Source: the human T2T-CHM13v2.0 reference genome, Homo sapiens
Assembly (NCBI RefSeq): GCF_009914755.1
Contig: NC_060934.1
DNA: 64,000 nt
Direction: 5' to 3' (one strand)
Of this stretch, positions 12,791 through 24,275 are shown one piece after another; the first letter of the stretch is position 1; each line of letters begins with the position of its first letter. Both the position numbers and the translations under genes were made by a program. The notes beneath the pieces are model-generated. The model did no database searches and had not been told where the DNA came from. It was given only the letters and a program-made list of their open reading frames with translations.

Positions 12791-13104
12791 AGCCATGGGG
12801 AGGGGCCTGGGATGAGAACCCAAGGAATGAAGCTGCTCTAAATTCTGGGACAGGAGAGGACGCATAGGAACAGAGGCTGGAGAAAGACTCCACCAGGACA
12901 GAGAGGCCAGATGGTTAGGGCTTAAATGCCAGGACAAGGACAGAAGGCTTTATCCATCCTGTGAAGGAGAGTAGTCAAAGGTTTTGAGCAAGATTATTTG
13001 GGGGTGATAAGGAGACTGCGAAGCCACAAAGGGGTCCTAATTTTCAAAGTGTCCCCTTGGCCACCTCTCCCATAGACTCCTCTTAACTGGCTGGCTCCGG
13101 CCAA

Positions 13105-13114
13105 CTCTCTCTCC

Positions 13115-13169
<55 letters not shown>

Positions 13170-13182
13170 ACACACACACACA
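13105..13182. repeat. Compound microsatellite (CT)n(CA)n
   Basis: About 15 CT units followed by about 24 CA units, each tract with one interruption. Confidence 0.97.
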
Positions 13183-14194
13183 CCACTGCCCTCCTCCCCC
13201 AAATCGGTTCCCTTCAAATTGTCACTCCCCACAGTGCTGCATTCATGCATCAGTTCTAAATAGCCCCACTGTTCAGCTTTAAAGAGAAGTAATACCAATT
13301 CCCATGTTTGCTCAGAGAGCACCATATTTCATCAAACCAGAGCCCATGCCGGCTCAGATTACTGACCGAGACAATGTTCTGTAATCCTAGTTTATTCACA
13401 TGTCACGGGTATTTTAGCAAAACAGAAATGAATGGCCCCCACCACCCTAGGAAGTAACGGGAGAGTTGGGTCCCCGCCCAGGGGAAGTCATGCTTTCGCT
13501 TGCCACGGTTCTCAGAGGAGCCGACTTTGATTTTCTGAGCTTTTCCCAACTTTAAGAAAGAGAATATGGGCTGAGGAGGAGTCACAAAGTGGGTAGTTAT
13601 TTCCCTGTAAAATGTTAACTCCACAGATGGATTTTGCCAGAGCAAAAATAAAATCTGTCATTGATTATAAAGTCCTTTGTGCTTGTTATTTCACAGATTT
13701 ATTACACTCTGGCCCCGCGGCCTGGGGAGGCCCTGGGGTTCCTGTCTCTAGCACCCCACAGCTCATGCCCCAACCGGAATAGGGACTCACTTGCATTTCT
13801 TTTGTCCTTAAGGGCCAGGAGCTTTGAAAATCTAGATGAAGAGCTGTGAATCTTCCTCCCAATCTTTGGACAAGAACCCGCAGACACAGACAATAACAGC
13901 ATAACAGTTCCTTGGTAGAGGTCTGTGACTTCCTCATCAAGGAAACATTCCTTTTCTCTTTCCTTTTTTTTTTTTTTTTTTAGTTGTTGGCACTGTGCAC
14001 TAAGAAACGAATTTTCTCTGCAGAGTAAGGAACAGCCAGGCTTGAAACTCTCACCAAATCTGCCAGTCTGGGTCTACTTTAAATGTGCTACAACTTCTTT
14101 CAAACACACAATAAATGAAAAGACCAATCTGAATGATCAGTGCAATTTAGTTAGTATCATGTCACTTTAAAATCTGGCCAAGAATCCTCATACT

Positions 14195-14325
14195 ATCCTG
14201 CTCTTGTCCCCATCTTAGAGTTGAAAAAACTGAGGTCCAGAGAAGGCAAGTAACTTGCTTAACATCACACAGCTAAGTAGCAGTGAAAATAGGGACATGA
14301 ATCTAGTCCCAGTTGACTCCACAGG
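14195..14325. mobile_element. MIR SINE
   Basis: ccccatctt...aaactgaggtccagaga...gtaacttgcttaacatcacacagctaagt MIR core. Confidence 0.75.
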
Positions 14326-16169
14326 GTCATGGGAGCACCCTCACTTCCAAGAACATGTTGACATGGGGCCACAGAACCAACGGGAGAGTACAGGAGCTAC
14401 AGCAGAGCCTGGAGGCCAGACTTCTCACTTAAAGAAGAGGCTCCTAGGATTCCAGAGAGGCAATGGGGCTGCCCCAGGGTTACAGAGCTAGTTAAAATCA
14501 CACACTAGCTCTGCTACAAATTAACTGGACGATATCATGAAACAATCGCTTGGGAACATTTATTTGGGGAGAGGTTCTTGATGAAACCAAATGAGCTTGC
14601 TTTTCAAAACTACCCAGGGTTTGTTTTACTTCCTTACTTGGGTGCAGAGCTTCATAACTATGGAGTCTCTTCACTCCTTGCTCATGACTTTCTGAGCTGA
14701 AGAAAACCCTGCTATCCCAGAGTGCACAGCAAGGAGGCCTAGAGGACTGAGGGCCCCCAAACTACTTCTCACCTGTCTGGAGAGAACACTGTTCACTCCA
14801 ATCAGCAAGTTCAAGACCTCAGCACCCCTGGCAATTGCAGTGTACGGAACTCCCAGAACCATGATAATTTTGTAGGAAGCTGTCAGAAATCACAGATCCA
14901 AGGACTTGTCTCCACAATCTGCCATCTCAACTCTTATTCTGAGCTGCGGCCTGAGCTATTAAAAACAAAACATTCTCGTGGGCAAGCTCCACAATTAGCC
15001 TCATTTCCACACTAGAAAAACTGTTCTGCATGAGCTGAAATTGCACAGAGATTGTTTCTTGTCATAGTGATGCTGTTTCAAGGGCCGTGCTGAGAGCCAG
15101 CGAGGATGTGACCCAGTGGTAATCTGAATTGCTTCACCAAACACATTTTTATCCCATCATCTCGGCTACATGAAAGGGGGCCACAGTGCTCGTGTTCAAG
15201 GCTTTACAGTCCCGCTGTTCAGCAATAAAATGAGGCAAGAAATATTAGCCATCCCTGGCTGATGCCTTAATTCTTTCCCAACAATGTCAGAGAATCTGTA
15301 CCCTACAGGTTTTAGTGCTGGCTAAAGCCTGACCCTCAGGCTGGCTTGAATGGAGCGGGAATGAGTTAAGGAGAGCCAGAAGGCTTTAATGGACACGGAT
15401 TCCAAATAGCCCAGCTTGTGCGGGCCTCCTGCGGACTCACCCTCCTTTTCAACAGGCCTCGATTGTGTATGGCCCCAACAGACACAAAACTACCCATGAG
15501 CAGAGGTTACCCCCAGCCGGTGCAGGTCAGAGGCATTCTGGGGGGGAAGGGGAGAGGGGGACAGAGGGGAAGTGAGGGGCACATGGAGAAGGAGGGAAAT
15601 GGGGGTGGGAGTGGGGGAAGGGACCACTGAAAGATGGTCTGGATCATTTATAAGGAGAGATTCACTAAGTCCCAGGCTGAGACCCGATCATCTCACTTCC
15701 AGGCAAACCATTTTTGAAAACTGGTTCAGAACAAATGGGAGCTATCCTAATGGGAAGTTGAACACACTGTGATCTAATTTTCAAAACAAATAAAATGCTT
15801 TTCTCTGGTTTTCCAAAAGCTACAAGTCTGAGGTTCAGAAGCTCTTAATAGGATGGCCTCTAATTTGACACTGCAAGATTTAAAAAAATTACAAATGGGT
15901 CATGTTTTACACACCAACAGAAGCCTTTTCCAGCAATTTTTCAATTATTGCATTGTGAGCCCTCCAAGAAAAGTAACTATTTTGGCTCACAGAGCCCAAA
16001 GTTACCAAGTAAAGGGAACAGCCTGTTCACAAGTTTGCAAATAGTCCTTTGAAATGTAGCATAGACTGTATCTGGGAGCTTTCTGGAAGAACATGGGCTT
16101 GACGTGGTCCTTTCCTTCCCTCTCAAGGGTCCTTAAACTTTTTAGGTGGGTCTTGGGCCCCCTTCTAAG

Positions 16170-16575
16170 TCTAGGGAAGCCAGTGGACCCCTTCTTAAAA
16201 GAATGTTTTTAAATGCATAAAATAAAATATGCAGAGTTACAAAGGAAGACAATTACGTTAGAATAGAGTTATCACAAATATTTAAAAACAATTTTGTAAC
16301 ATAGTAACTATGTTCCTTTTTGCTAACTAACTAGCAGTAGGCCTAACTGAAGTGGTAATGAGCAAACATGATACTTTGATGAATCCGCAACCACTCTCAT
16401 GTGATATGAAAATATCTGTGGATGGTGCCTATTGGTGACAAAGTCACTAATACCACTGTGGTTGGTTGCTTGCATTTATAACATTAGTTAATGCTAAGTT
16501 TCAGTTAGAGTTAATGAAAATAAAGATGTATTTTTTTCCCCATCAAGTTCATAAGAGCCCTTGAATTCTATCAAT
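16170..16575. mobile_element. hAT-Charlie DNA transposon fragment
   Basis: tggaccccttc...tgtttttaaatgcataaaataaaat...tattggtgacaaagtcac...aaataaagatgtattttttcccatcaagttca resembles Charlie-family MITEs. Subfamily uncertain. Confidence 0.5.
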
Positions 16576-17129
16576 GGAGAAGAAATCCTGCTAGAGGCAA
16601 GACAAAGATCAGGACCTTCTGCCCCAGGGTTAAGCTGAGGGGCAGTGGGCCAGGGACTCACTACACCCTCACTTCACTGGGAATCCTTCTTAGGAAAGCC
16701 ACTGCTTTCTCTCTTCCTGCTCTGATGCTTTGGAAATGTTTTTAAAGGCAAATTGAAAGCATGTCTTATTCCTGCAATCCTGAAGGCTACATGTCCAAAG
16801 ATTAATAAGGACCTTTGATGTGTTTCTTCAACAACTGAAATTACTCTCGTCAAATAAAGGGCTGGTTAATGAGCTAATTCTGAGTTTTAATCACGATCTT
16901 GTTCCAGTTCCCTTGGGTGGCATGAGCTTTGGGGTGAGGGCTTTTCTTTACGGAGTCAGCCCAGAGAGGATCTCTGTTCCCCACACTCTCACATTTTGGA
17001 CATACGCTGACTCCGAGGCAACTGGGCGCACACATATCCCCTCTCTGGTCCTCACAGGGGAGCTGTCATCTTGCAATCACATAGCCATCGCATGCCATTG
17101 CAGGGGCAACCCAGCAGGCAGGCCCCCCT

Positions 17130-18070
17130 CCAACTGCCGCCCAGCCCCCCTCGCAGCCAGGGCAGGCTGCGGCGCCGACACACAGGAGCCGGCTGCGGGG
17201 CTGGGTCTCGGGCTCTCGGCTGGGGAGCGGGGAGCGCGCTCGCCCACGCCCCCCACACTCGCGGGCGCACACCCCGGCGCGCGCACGCTGCCACACACGG
17301 GCGCACGCACACGGCAGCCGGGCCAGGGACGACCCTGTCAGCTGCAGCCCCAGAGGTCCGGGGCGCGCAGCCGGGTCCCCTCGAGGGCGCAGCCGGCCGC
17401 CCCGCCCCGCCCCTCGAAGCAGCCGGGCCGGGCGCGCAGTGGGCTACAAACTTTCGCAGCGCGAGTCCGCCAAGGCAGCGCGCCGACTCGGGCTCGGCTC
17501 GGCTCTGCGCTGCTCCGGACGGCTGTGACCGCTGGCCGGGGGCTCGGGCCACCGGTACCCACGGACCGCGCGCCCGGGTGCCTGCTCCGCTAAGCCCCTC
17601 GCCCCGCGCGGACCTCGGTATCCAGCGCCCTGCTGCCCGGGCTCTCCCCGCGCGCCCTACTGCCGCGAGGTCAGTCCGCAGCCTCCGGTGCGCCAGCGCT
17701 CGCCTTCCTCCTCCTGGACTTCGACCCTTTGCCGCCCTCACCACGCCATGGCTCATGTCCCCGCTCGGACCAGCCCGGGACCCGGGCCCCAGCTGCTGCT
17801 GCTGCTGCTGCCGTTGTTTCTGCTGTTGCTCCGGGATGTGGCCGGCAGCCACAGGGCCCCCGCCTGGTCCGCACTGCCCGCGGCCGCCGACGGCCTGCAG
17901 GGGGACAGGGATCTCCAGCGGCACCCTGGGGACGCGGCCGCCACGTTGGGCCCCAGCGCCCAGGACATGGTCGCTGTCCACATGCACAGGCTCTATGAGA
18001 AGTACAGCCGGCAGGGCGCGCGGCCGGGAGGGGGCAACACGGTCCGCAGCTTCAGGGCCAGGCTGGGTAA
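17130..18070. promoter_or_regulatory. GDF10: GDF10 CpG-island promoter / GC-rich 5' UTR
   Basis: Very high GC and CpG density. Tandem GC boxes (ccccgccccgcccc) at about 17400. No obvious TATA box. Boundaries approximate. Confidence 0.85.
17748..18066 (+). CDS. GDF10: GDF10 (BMP-3B) coding exon 1: signal peptide and start of prodomain
   Basis: ATG at 17748 in strong Kozak context (gccATGG). Translates MAHVPARTSPGPGPQLLLLLLPLFLLLL...NTVRSFRARL. Ends at donor G|gtaagt (18067). 319 nt, phase 1. Confidence 0.98.
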
Positions 18071-19269
18071 GTAGAGGGTGCCCCAGGACCCCTTCTCCTC
18101 ATTCTCCACCTTCCTCACTTTTCTGTCTCCCCACCCGTGCACCTCTACTTTTCCTCTTCTAGCCAACGGGTGAGTGGTTCATTCATTCTTTCACTAATGA
18201 TTCACTGATCTCTCCATGCCAGGCCCTGAACCTCCAGTGGGGCACCAAGAGTGGCAGCAGGTGGCACAGAGGTCCTGCCCCTGGGGTGCTCCCACATTGC
18301 TGGACATACAAAGACTACCCCATACACAAGGCTGTAAGCACAGAGAGTGGAAGAGGGGACATAGGCCAGGGGAGTATCCCTGTCATAGGGTCAATTATGT
18401 GGGCATTTTACAAATGAGAAGGGCACAGCCAGTGAACATAGGCAGCCCTGCAGAAGCTCCAGGCACTGGGCCCTGTCAGGAAGCAGGAGCCCCTAGCTGG
18501 CGTCAGCTATGGTTCCTGTGTCCAGGGAAGCAGAGTGGACTGAGAAGGGCCTTGGCTGCCCGGGATTGAGGACTTCCACGGACTGGCATGAAGCGTTCAG
18601 ACCACAGGGGTTTAAGGAAAGGCCCAGGGGCTTAGGCAGTGGGAACACTCTGCCTATCTCCGGCCTCTGTCCCACCTTTCCACTTCCTCAGCCCCTTGGA
18701 TGGAGCTGGGCAGAGGGCACTTGCAAAGGCCCATGCTGCCCTGTTCTGAGAGCACTTCCAGGCTCCTGCCTCAGCAGCCTGCCCACCTTTGCAGGCCCTG
18801 GGTAGAGAGGAGGTGCAGCCAGGGCCACAGGGGTGGTGAGAAGACCCTGGTTGTCATGGTGATTACTCCTGGTTGCAGAATAATGTTCCAGAAAATGTGG
18901 GTGGGGGTCTCCTGCAGCTCTGCAGAAGATGAGGCCATTCAACAGGAGAAAAATCTGCAGTCTACAGGCTCCCCTCCTGAGGGAGAGGGAAACAAGCCTA
19001 GCTGTGGAGCTAGACAGCCTGGGGTCAGATCTGTCACTGGCTGTGTGACTCAAGGTAACATCTGTGGCCTCTCATAACCATGGATTGGGGAGCACCTGCC
19101 ACAAAGAGGCCCCATGCCCTCCTCCTCCACTTAGCAGACTCACCAGGTCAGTGGCCCTGGGCTCCAGGCCAATTGGATCTAACTCCATCCTCACTCATAA
19201 CTTTCTTGCACCATGTGGGGTCCATTTCTTGAGGAACGTTATTAAATTAAACCATTTAAGAATCATCTG

Positions 19270-20670
19270 GCATGAACATGACCTTGGGTAAATCACTAAA
19301 GCTAGGTGGACTTGAGTGTATTCATCGATAAAATGGGCAAGGCTTGCCAATATCTCCCCTGTGCAGTTGAAGGGAAGATGAAATGAGGTCATATGTGCAA
19401 GCTCAGAGCCCAGCACTGGCCAGATTAAGTGTTGATGTACGGGATTCCCCTGGGAGCACAAATAATCGTGCTAAGTATTGTGTATTCCTGTGGGTTTAAA
19501 CTTGACCTTGCTTCTCTATTAACTCAATCCTCAAAGCCTTGTAGTTGAGGAAGCAAGGCCAGCAGGGTCACTGCTGCGACACGGGTGAGCCTGCCCACTG
19601 AGCCCATCTACTTGCTGCAGCCAGGCATGGAGATGCCTTCTTGTGTCATTCTGTTTTCACAGAAAGGGGGTAGTACAAGTAGCAGTGGAGTTCAGGATAT
19701 TAATCTCAAAAAGGACCTGAAGACAGTATCTCAAATCCAGCACTCCCACTTTAAAGATAAGGAAACTGAGACTCAGTGGTTGTTCACAGTGGCAGGGGTT
19801 GGCAACTCCCATCTGCCAGGTCATTGCTGTTCTCACTGTCACTCCCCACACCCTGTCATCTCCCTCAGAGCTATGACCAGGGTCTGGGAGGGGTAGGGTG
19901 AAACAGACAAGCCTGGGAAATCAGGATTCTGGTAGTCTGGAGTGTCTGACAAATCCCTCTTCTTTGGAAGCCTGAGGCACATTTGGGTGTGAATCCCAGC
20001 TGTACCAGCTACCAGGTGTGTGCAGTGGCACAGGTTAGTTTACCTCTCTGAGCATCAGTTTCCTTGTAGTACAGTGAAGAAGTGAGGATTAAATGGGCTA
20101 AGCAGGTTTTGTGCTTTGCATACAGTGGGGGCCCAGGCAGGTTGCTTGATCCTCTCCTCCCTTGATTCATCTGAGTGTTTCATGCCAAGCCTCTTGCCTG
20201 CCCTCAGATGTGCCTGCTTCCTGATCCAGTGACCTGTCTGAGGAGGTATGAGTTTGGGCAGGGACCCTTCTCTCATGGATGATGCCACCCATGTGGGAGG
20301 CTTCAGCTCTGGTCCGAGAACATGCCAGTCTCAGCCTGCTCCCCAGTGGTGGGTTTCTGCTGCCTCAGTGGGGCAGCACCTCTTCCTGAACAACAAATGC
20401 CTCCATCCCCACAGCCTGCGATACGTAACTATACCTCCCCCGCCACCGGGCAGTGCAGCTCAGCTGCCAAGTGCTGGCTGTGAGCTGGCCTCGTGGGGTC
20501 CAAATCCCAATTCTGCGATCTGGGCAAGGGACTGAACTTGTCCATGACTCAGTTTTTTTCACTTCTAAAATGGAGCTAATAGTGCTCCCCTCCTTATAGG
20601 ATTTTTTTTAATGGAAACTGAGATATGTCAAGTGCTTACACCATTCCTGACACAGGTAAGTGTCAATGGT
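19270..20670. mobile_element. Cluster of MIR fragments in GDF10 intron 1 (about 19270-19440, 19720-19790, 19975-20100, 20480-20670)
   Basis: Repeated MIR cores: tgaccttgggtaaatcac, ggaaactgagactcag, gaatcccagctgtacc...cagtttcc, ctcagtttttttcacttctaaaatggag. Confidence 0.6.
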
Positions 20671-22369
20671 GTATTAGCTCTTGCTGTTGATATACCAGCC
20701 ACCCCTTCCTTCCTTCCCTCATTGCTCCCTGAAGTGAATTTCGTTCCTTATTAAATCTGCATCGGTGGGGAAAGCCTATGAACCTGACCCTAAGGGTTAA
20801 GGTTAGACCACCCCTAATTCCCACTGAATGACGTGTGTTTAAATGTAAGCTTTGTCACCTACCAATGTGATACTGAGTTGGTTTTCTTCATCTCTAAATT
20901 GAAAATAATACTACATACTCACCTGTCAAAAATGCCAAAATTCAAGTTGATTTCAGTTCCCCAAGTATTCCCTAAGCACTTCGTTTGGTAGCAGATGCTG
21001 TAAGCTCAGGGAGCACAAAGATGCCCAGAAAAGCTCATAAACTAGCAGGGCAGATCAAAGTAAGCAGCAGAATAGGGCAGCAGGCCTGGGGGGTGGCATA
21101 TAAGAAGGAGGGCAGGGGTGCTGCGGGAGCCCAAAGGCGCACTGACCTGGCAGGGGCAGAGCCTCTGGGTGGGGCCAGGAAAGCCTTCCCAGAGCAGGCC
21201 AGGCCCCAGCCACTTTGAAGGGCAGGTGGGCCTTAGCCAGGTGCGGAAGTGAAGCTGTCCACTGTGTTCAGAGACTGCCAGGAGTTTGGTTTTAATGATA
21301 ACGCAAGGAGAGAAAGGCAGGAGATGGAGACGGACAAATAGGTTGCAAGCAGGCCATGGAGAGCCATGAGTATTATGAATTTGTTCCCCCATAGGCAATG
21401 GGGCAATATACAACGTGCATGCGTAAGGGACAGAAGGAAGGAAGGAGGGAGAGAGAGAAGACTAGAGGGGAGAGAGAGAAAGGAGAGAGGGAGAGAGAGG
21501 GAGGAAGAGGAGAGACTGCAGGGAAAAAGAGGGATAAAGGAGAGAGAGTGATTATAAATAAATGCATGCTTATTGGGGAAAACCTGGAAATTATAGAAGA
21601 TCACAGTAAAGAACATAAGTCATCCCTAATCACATAGCCAGATATAACCGGAATTGTTAGTATGATATTTTGGTAGAATCATTCCAGCCATATCTATCTA
21701 TCTATCTATGTCTCCACTATCTATATCTCCATTGTTTTACCCTTATATGTAAGATATATATGGATATATGGATATATTTGAGAGATATATATGTGAGATA
21801 TATGTGGATACATCTTTTATGGATTATATTTTCAGCATGCAGGTAAAACTTGCAGGTATTTCCATTTGAAATTACTTTTTTTCATTACTGGTCATCTTGA
21901 ACTTTTCCCCATGCCTGCTGGCTATTTGCAATTCTTCCTGTGGAAACTGCCTCCTTGTATGGGAGTCCCTCCTTTGTCCTACTGATATGCAAAGGTTCTT
22001 TACACAGTAAGGATCTTAACCTTTCACTTCTAATAGACAATTTGCTTTTGAGACATGAGTGCGATGTAAGAGGGAACAAAGTTCTGGGACCACTGTTGTG
22101 GTTGAGTCTGGAGCCCTGAGCGCAGGGTGGAAAGATGCTGTGTTCAGGATGGTTGTGTAGAAACAGGAAGCAGAGCAAACAGGGCCTGGAGATTGGTTAA
22201 AAGCAGGAATGGGAGAGGCAAAAGAGTTCTCAGTCTCCTGCTGGAAGGGCTGGAGGAGAAGTGAGGCCTCCCACTGGGCAGGAGGTCAGGGAGCAAGGGT
22301 GTAGTGCCCTGAGGGTGGCAATAGTTCCTGAGGCCATAACTGTTCTGAGCCCTTGCTGGGTGCCAGGCA

Positions 22370-23380
22370 CAGTGCTGCTAGTGCGCTCTGCAGAGCTGAT
22401 CTCACAATAACTTTTGGAGGTGCAAATACTCTATCCAGTTTATGAATGAGGAAACTGAGGCACAAAGTGGCTCCATGACTTGCCTGAGTCCCCACAGCTA
22501 GTAAGGGATGCCAGCAGGCGTTGAACCTCAACCCTAGAGCCTGCATGGAAACGGGCACTAAGTACTAAATCTGTGTTAGTTCCCTGCTCTTCTCTGCAGC
22601 ACCGTCTGGCCCACCGCCCCTTCCTCCAGCTTCTGTTGGTGCATGCATCTAAGCCCAGCGTTCTCACTGATTGCCCTAGTGGCTGTTTGAGGGGCAGTGG
22701 GTGAAGGGACAGATCTCCAAACCGTCTTGGAATCTTTTTATATAGGGCAGAGCATCTAAGGGGCTGCTCTTGGCCTGAGAGTTGACCAGCAGTGGGGCTG
22801 GACAGGCCTTTGGATGAGGAAGTCCCTTCCCCCAGTACCATCCCCACTGCCCTCAGGAAGGAGGCTGAGTGCCCAGCAAAGTGGACCTGGTCACAGTTCT
22901 GAGAATTCCCAAGAGCCACTGAGATCAGCTTGTCTAAATAAAGTCAGTCTTTCTCTTCTTAGGGAGTCAGAACTCAAAAATATCAAAATAATGACCTCTG
23001 TTTGCAAAACGTGCTGCAGTTCACAGCACATGATCTTTGTCCATTAGCTCTTAGGCAGATCATGAACATATCCAGAACACATGGAGGAGCAAAAGGCATG
23101 GGCTTGGGGTCAGACAGAGCTGGGTACAAGCCCCGACTCCACCCCTTGCCAACTGTGTGACTTTAGGCAAATTGCACACCCTCTCTGAAGCTTCAGCTCT
23201 TTGTCCACAGAATGAATGACCGCTCCCTACTCTCTTCATGGTGAAAATGATGAATCAAGCATGCAGAACACTCAGCATAGGACCAAGCACATACACTTGG
23301 AGCTCAGAATGTCATAATTAATAAACAATTTTCTTCCAATTTAAAGATGAGAACACTGAGGCTCAAGGGGAAGTCTGGCT
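22370..23380. mobile_element. MIR elements (about 22370-22560 and 23085-23380)
   Basis: tgaggaaactgaggcacaaag...acttgcctgagtcccacagctagtaag; tggggtcagacagagctggg...tgtgtgactttaggcaaatt. Confidence 0.65.
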
Positions 23381-23639
23381 AAACACCTGGGTGCCCACTG
23401 TCTCCATTTGGATTTGCATCATCAGCTGCATCTTTGTAAAGAATGAGGATTCCTTGACTTCTTAAGGCTGTGGTTACTGCACTCTAGGGAAGCATGCCAG
23501 GAACCCCCAGTGTTAACTGAAGTAACAGACCACACTTCTCTTGTGCCCACTTGGGCAGGATTTTCACAGACAATCTCATTCAACATGCATCTCTGAGCTC
23601 CAACTGTCACCTAAGCCTTATGGTGAGGTCTAGCGGTGC

Positions 23640-24070
23640 AGTAGTGAATAAAACTGGCAGTGTCCCTGTCCCGTTAGAGTTTATGTTTTAGGAAGATAAG
23701 AGCAGTAAATCAGTATACAGCAGGATGTCAGGAAGTGCTCTGAAGGCCAATGAAGCAGGGGCAGACAGAGTGATGAGGCTGTTCTCCAGCCACGGGAGCC
23801 CAGGGGACCCATTGTGGGAGGTTCCATTTGAGCAGATACCTGAAGAGGTTGAGTGGTACTGGATGGGGAACCATGAAGGTGGAAGGAAGCGTGAGGCACA
23901 GTCCTGAGAATAAAGCCACATGTTGGAAGGAGAAGAACGCCAGTGTGACGGGGGCAGAGGGGTGGGGTTGGGCTGTGGATAGGAGATAAAGTTGCAGAGG
24001 TAGGCAGGCCAGATCAAGTAAGGCCTTGGTAAGGGGTTGAGTTTTATTTGGGGCAATGGAGGGCTCCGAG
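23640..24070. mobile_element. L2 LINE fragment
   Basis: catttgagcagatacctgaag...ggagataaagttgcagaggtaggcaggccagatc...ttgagttttattt..gcaatgga, a typical L2 3' region. Confidence 0.6.
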
Positions 24071-24187
24071 CTTGGGGGGTGACCTGTGATGGAATGCACC
24101 CAGCACACCGGGGGCCTCGCTTGGACAGTGCTCTTTAAAACTGTGACATGAGGAGACACTGAAGACGGGTGTCATTGCCATTACCAG

Positions 24188-24275
24188 TCTGTCTCCCCTC
24201 TAGGCTGAACTCCTCCTGGGCAACTTTGTTATCTGTCTCCCCTCTAGGCTGAACTCCTCCTGGGCAACTTTGTTA
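24188..24275. repeat. Perfect 44-bp tandem duplication
   Basis: tctgtctcccctctaggctgaactcctcctgggcaactttgtta occurs twice with no mismatch. Confidence 0.95.

Noticed and set aside
16820-18162. Several 250-360 aa ORFs on both strands across the GDF10 promoter
   Set aside because: Expected stop-codon depletion in a CpG island. Low-complexity Ala/Arg/Gly/Pro translations with no recognisable domain.
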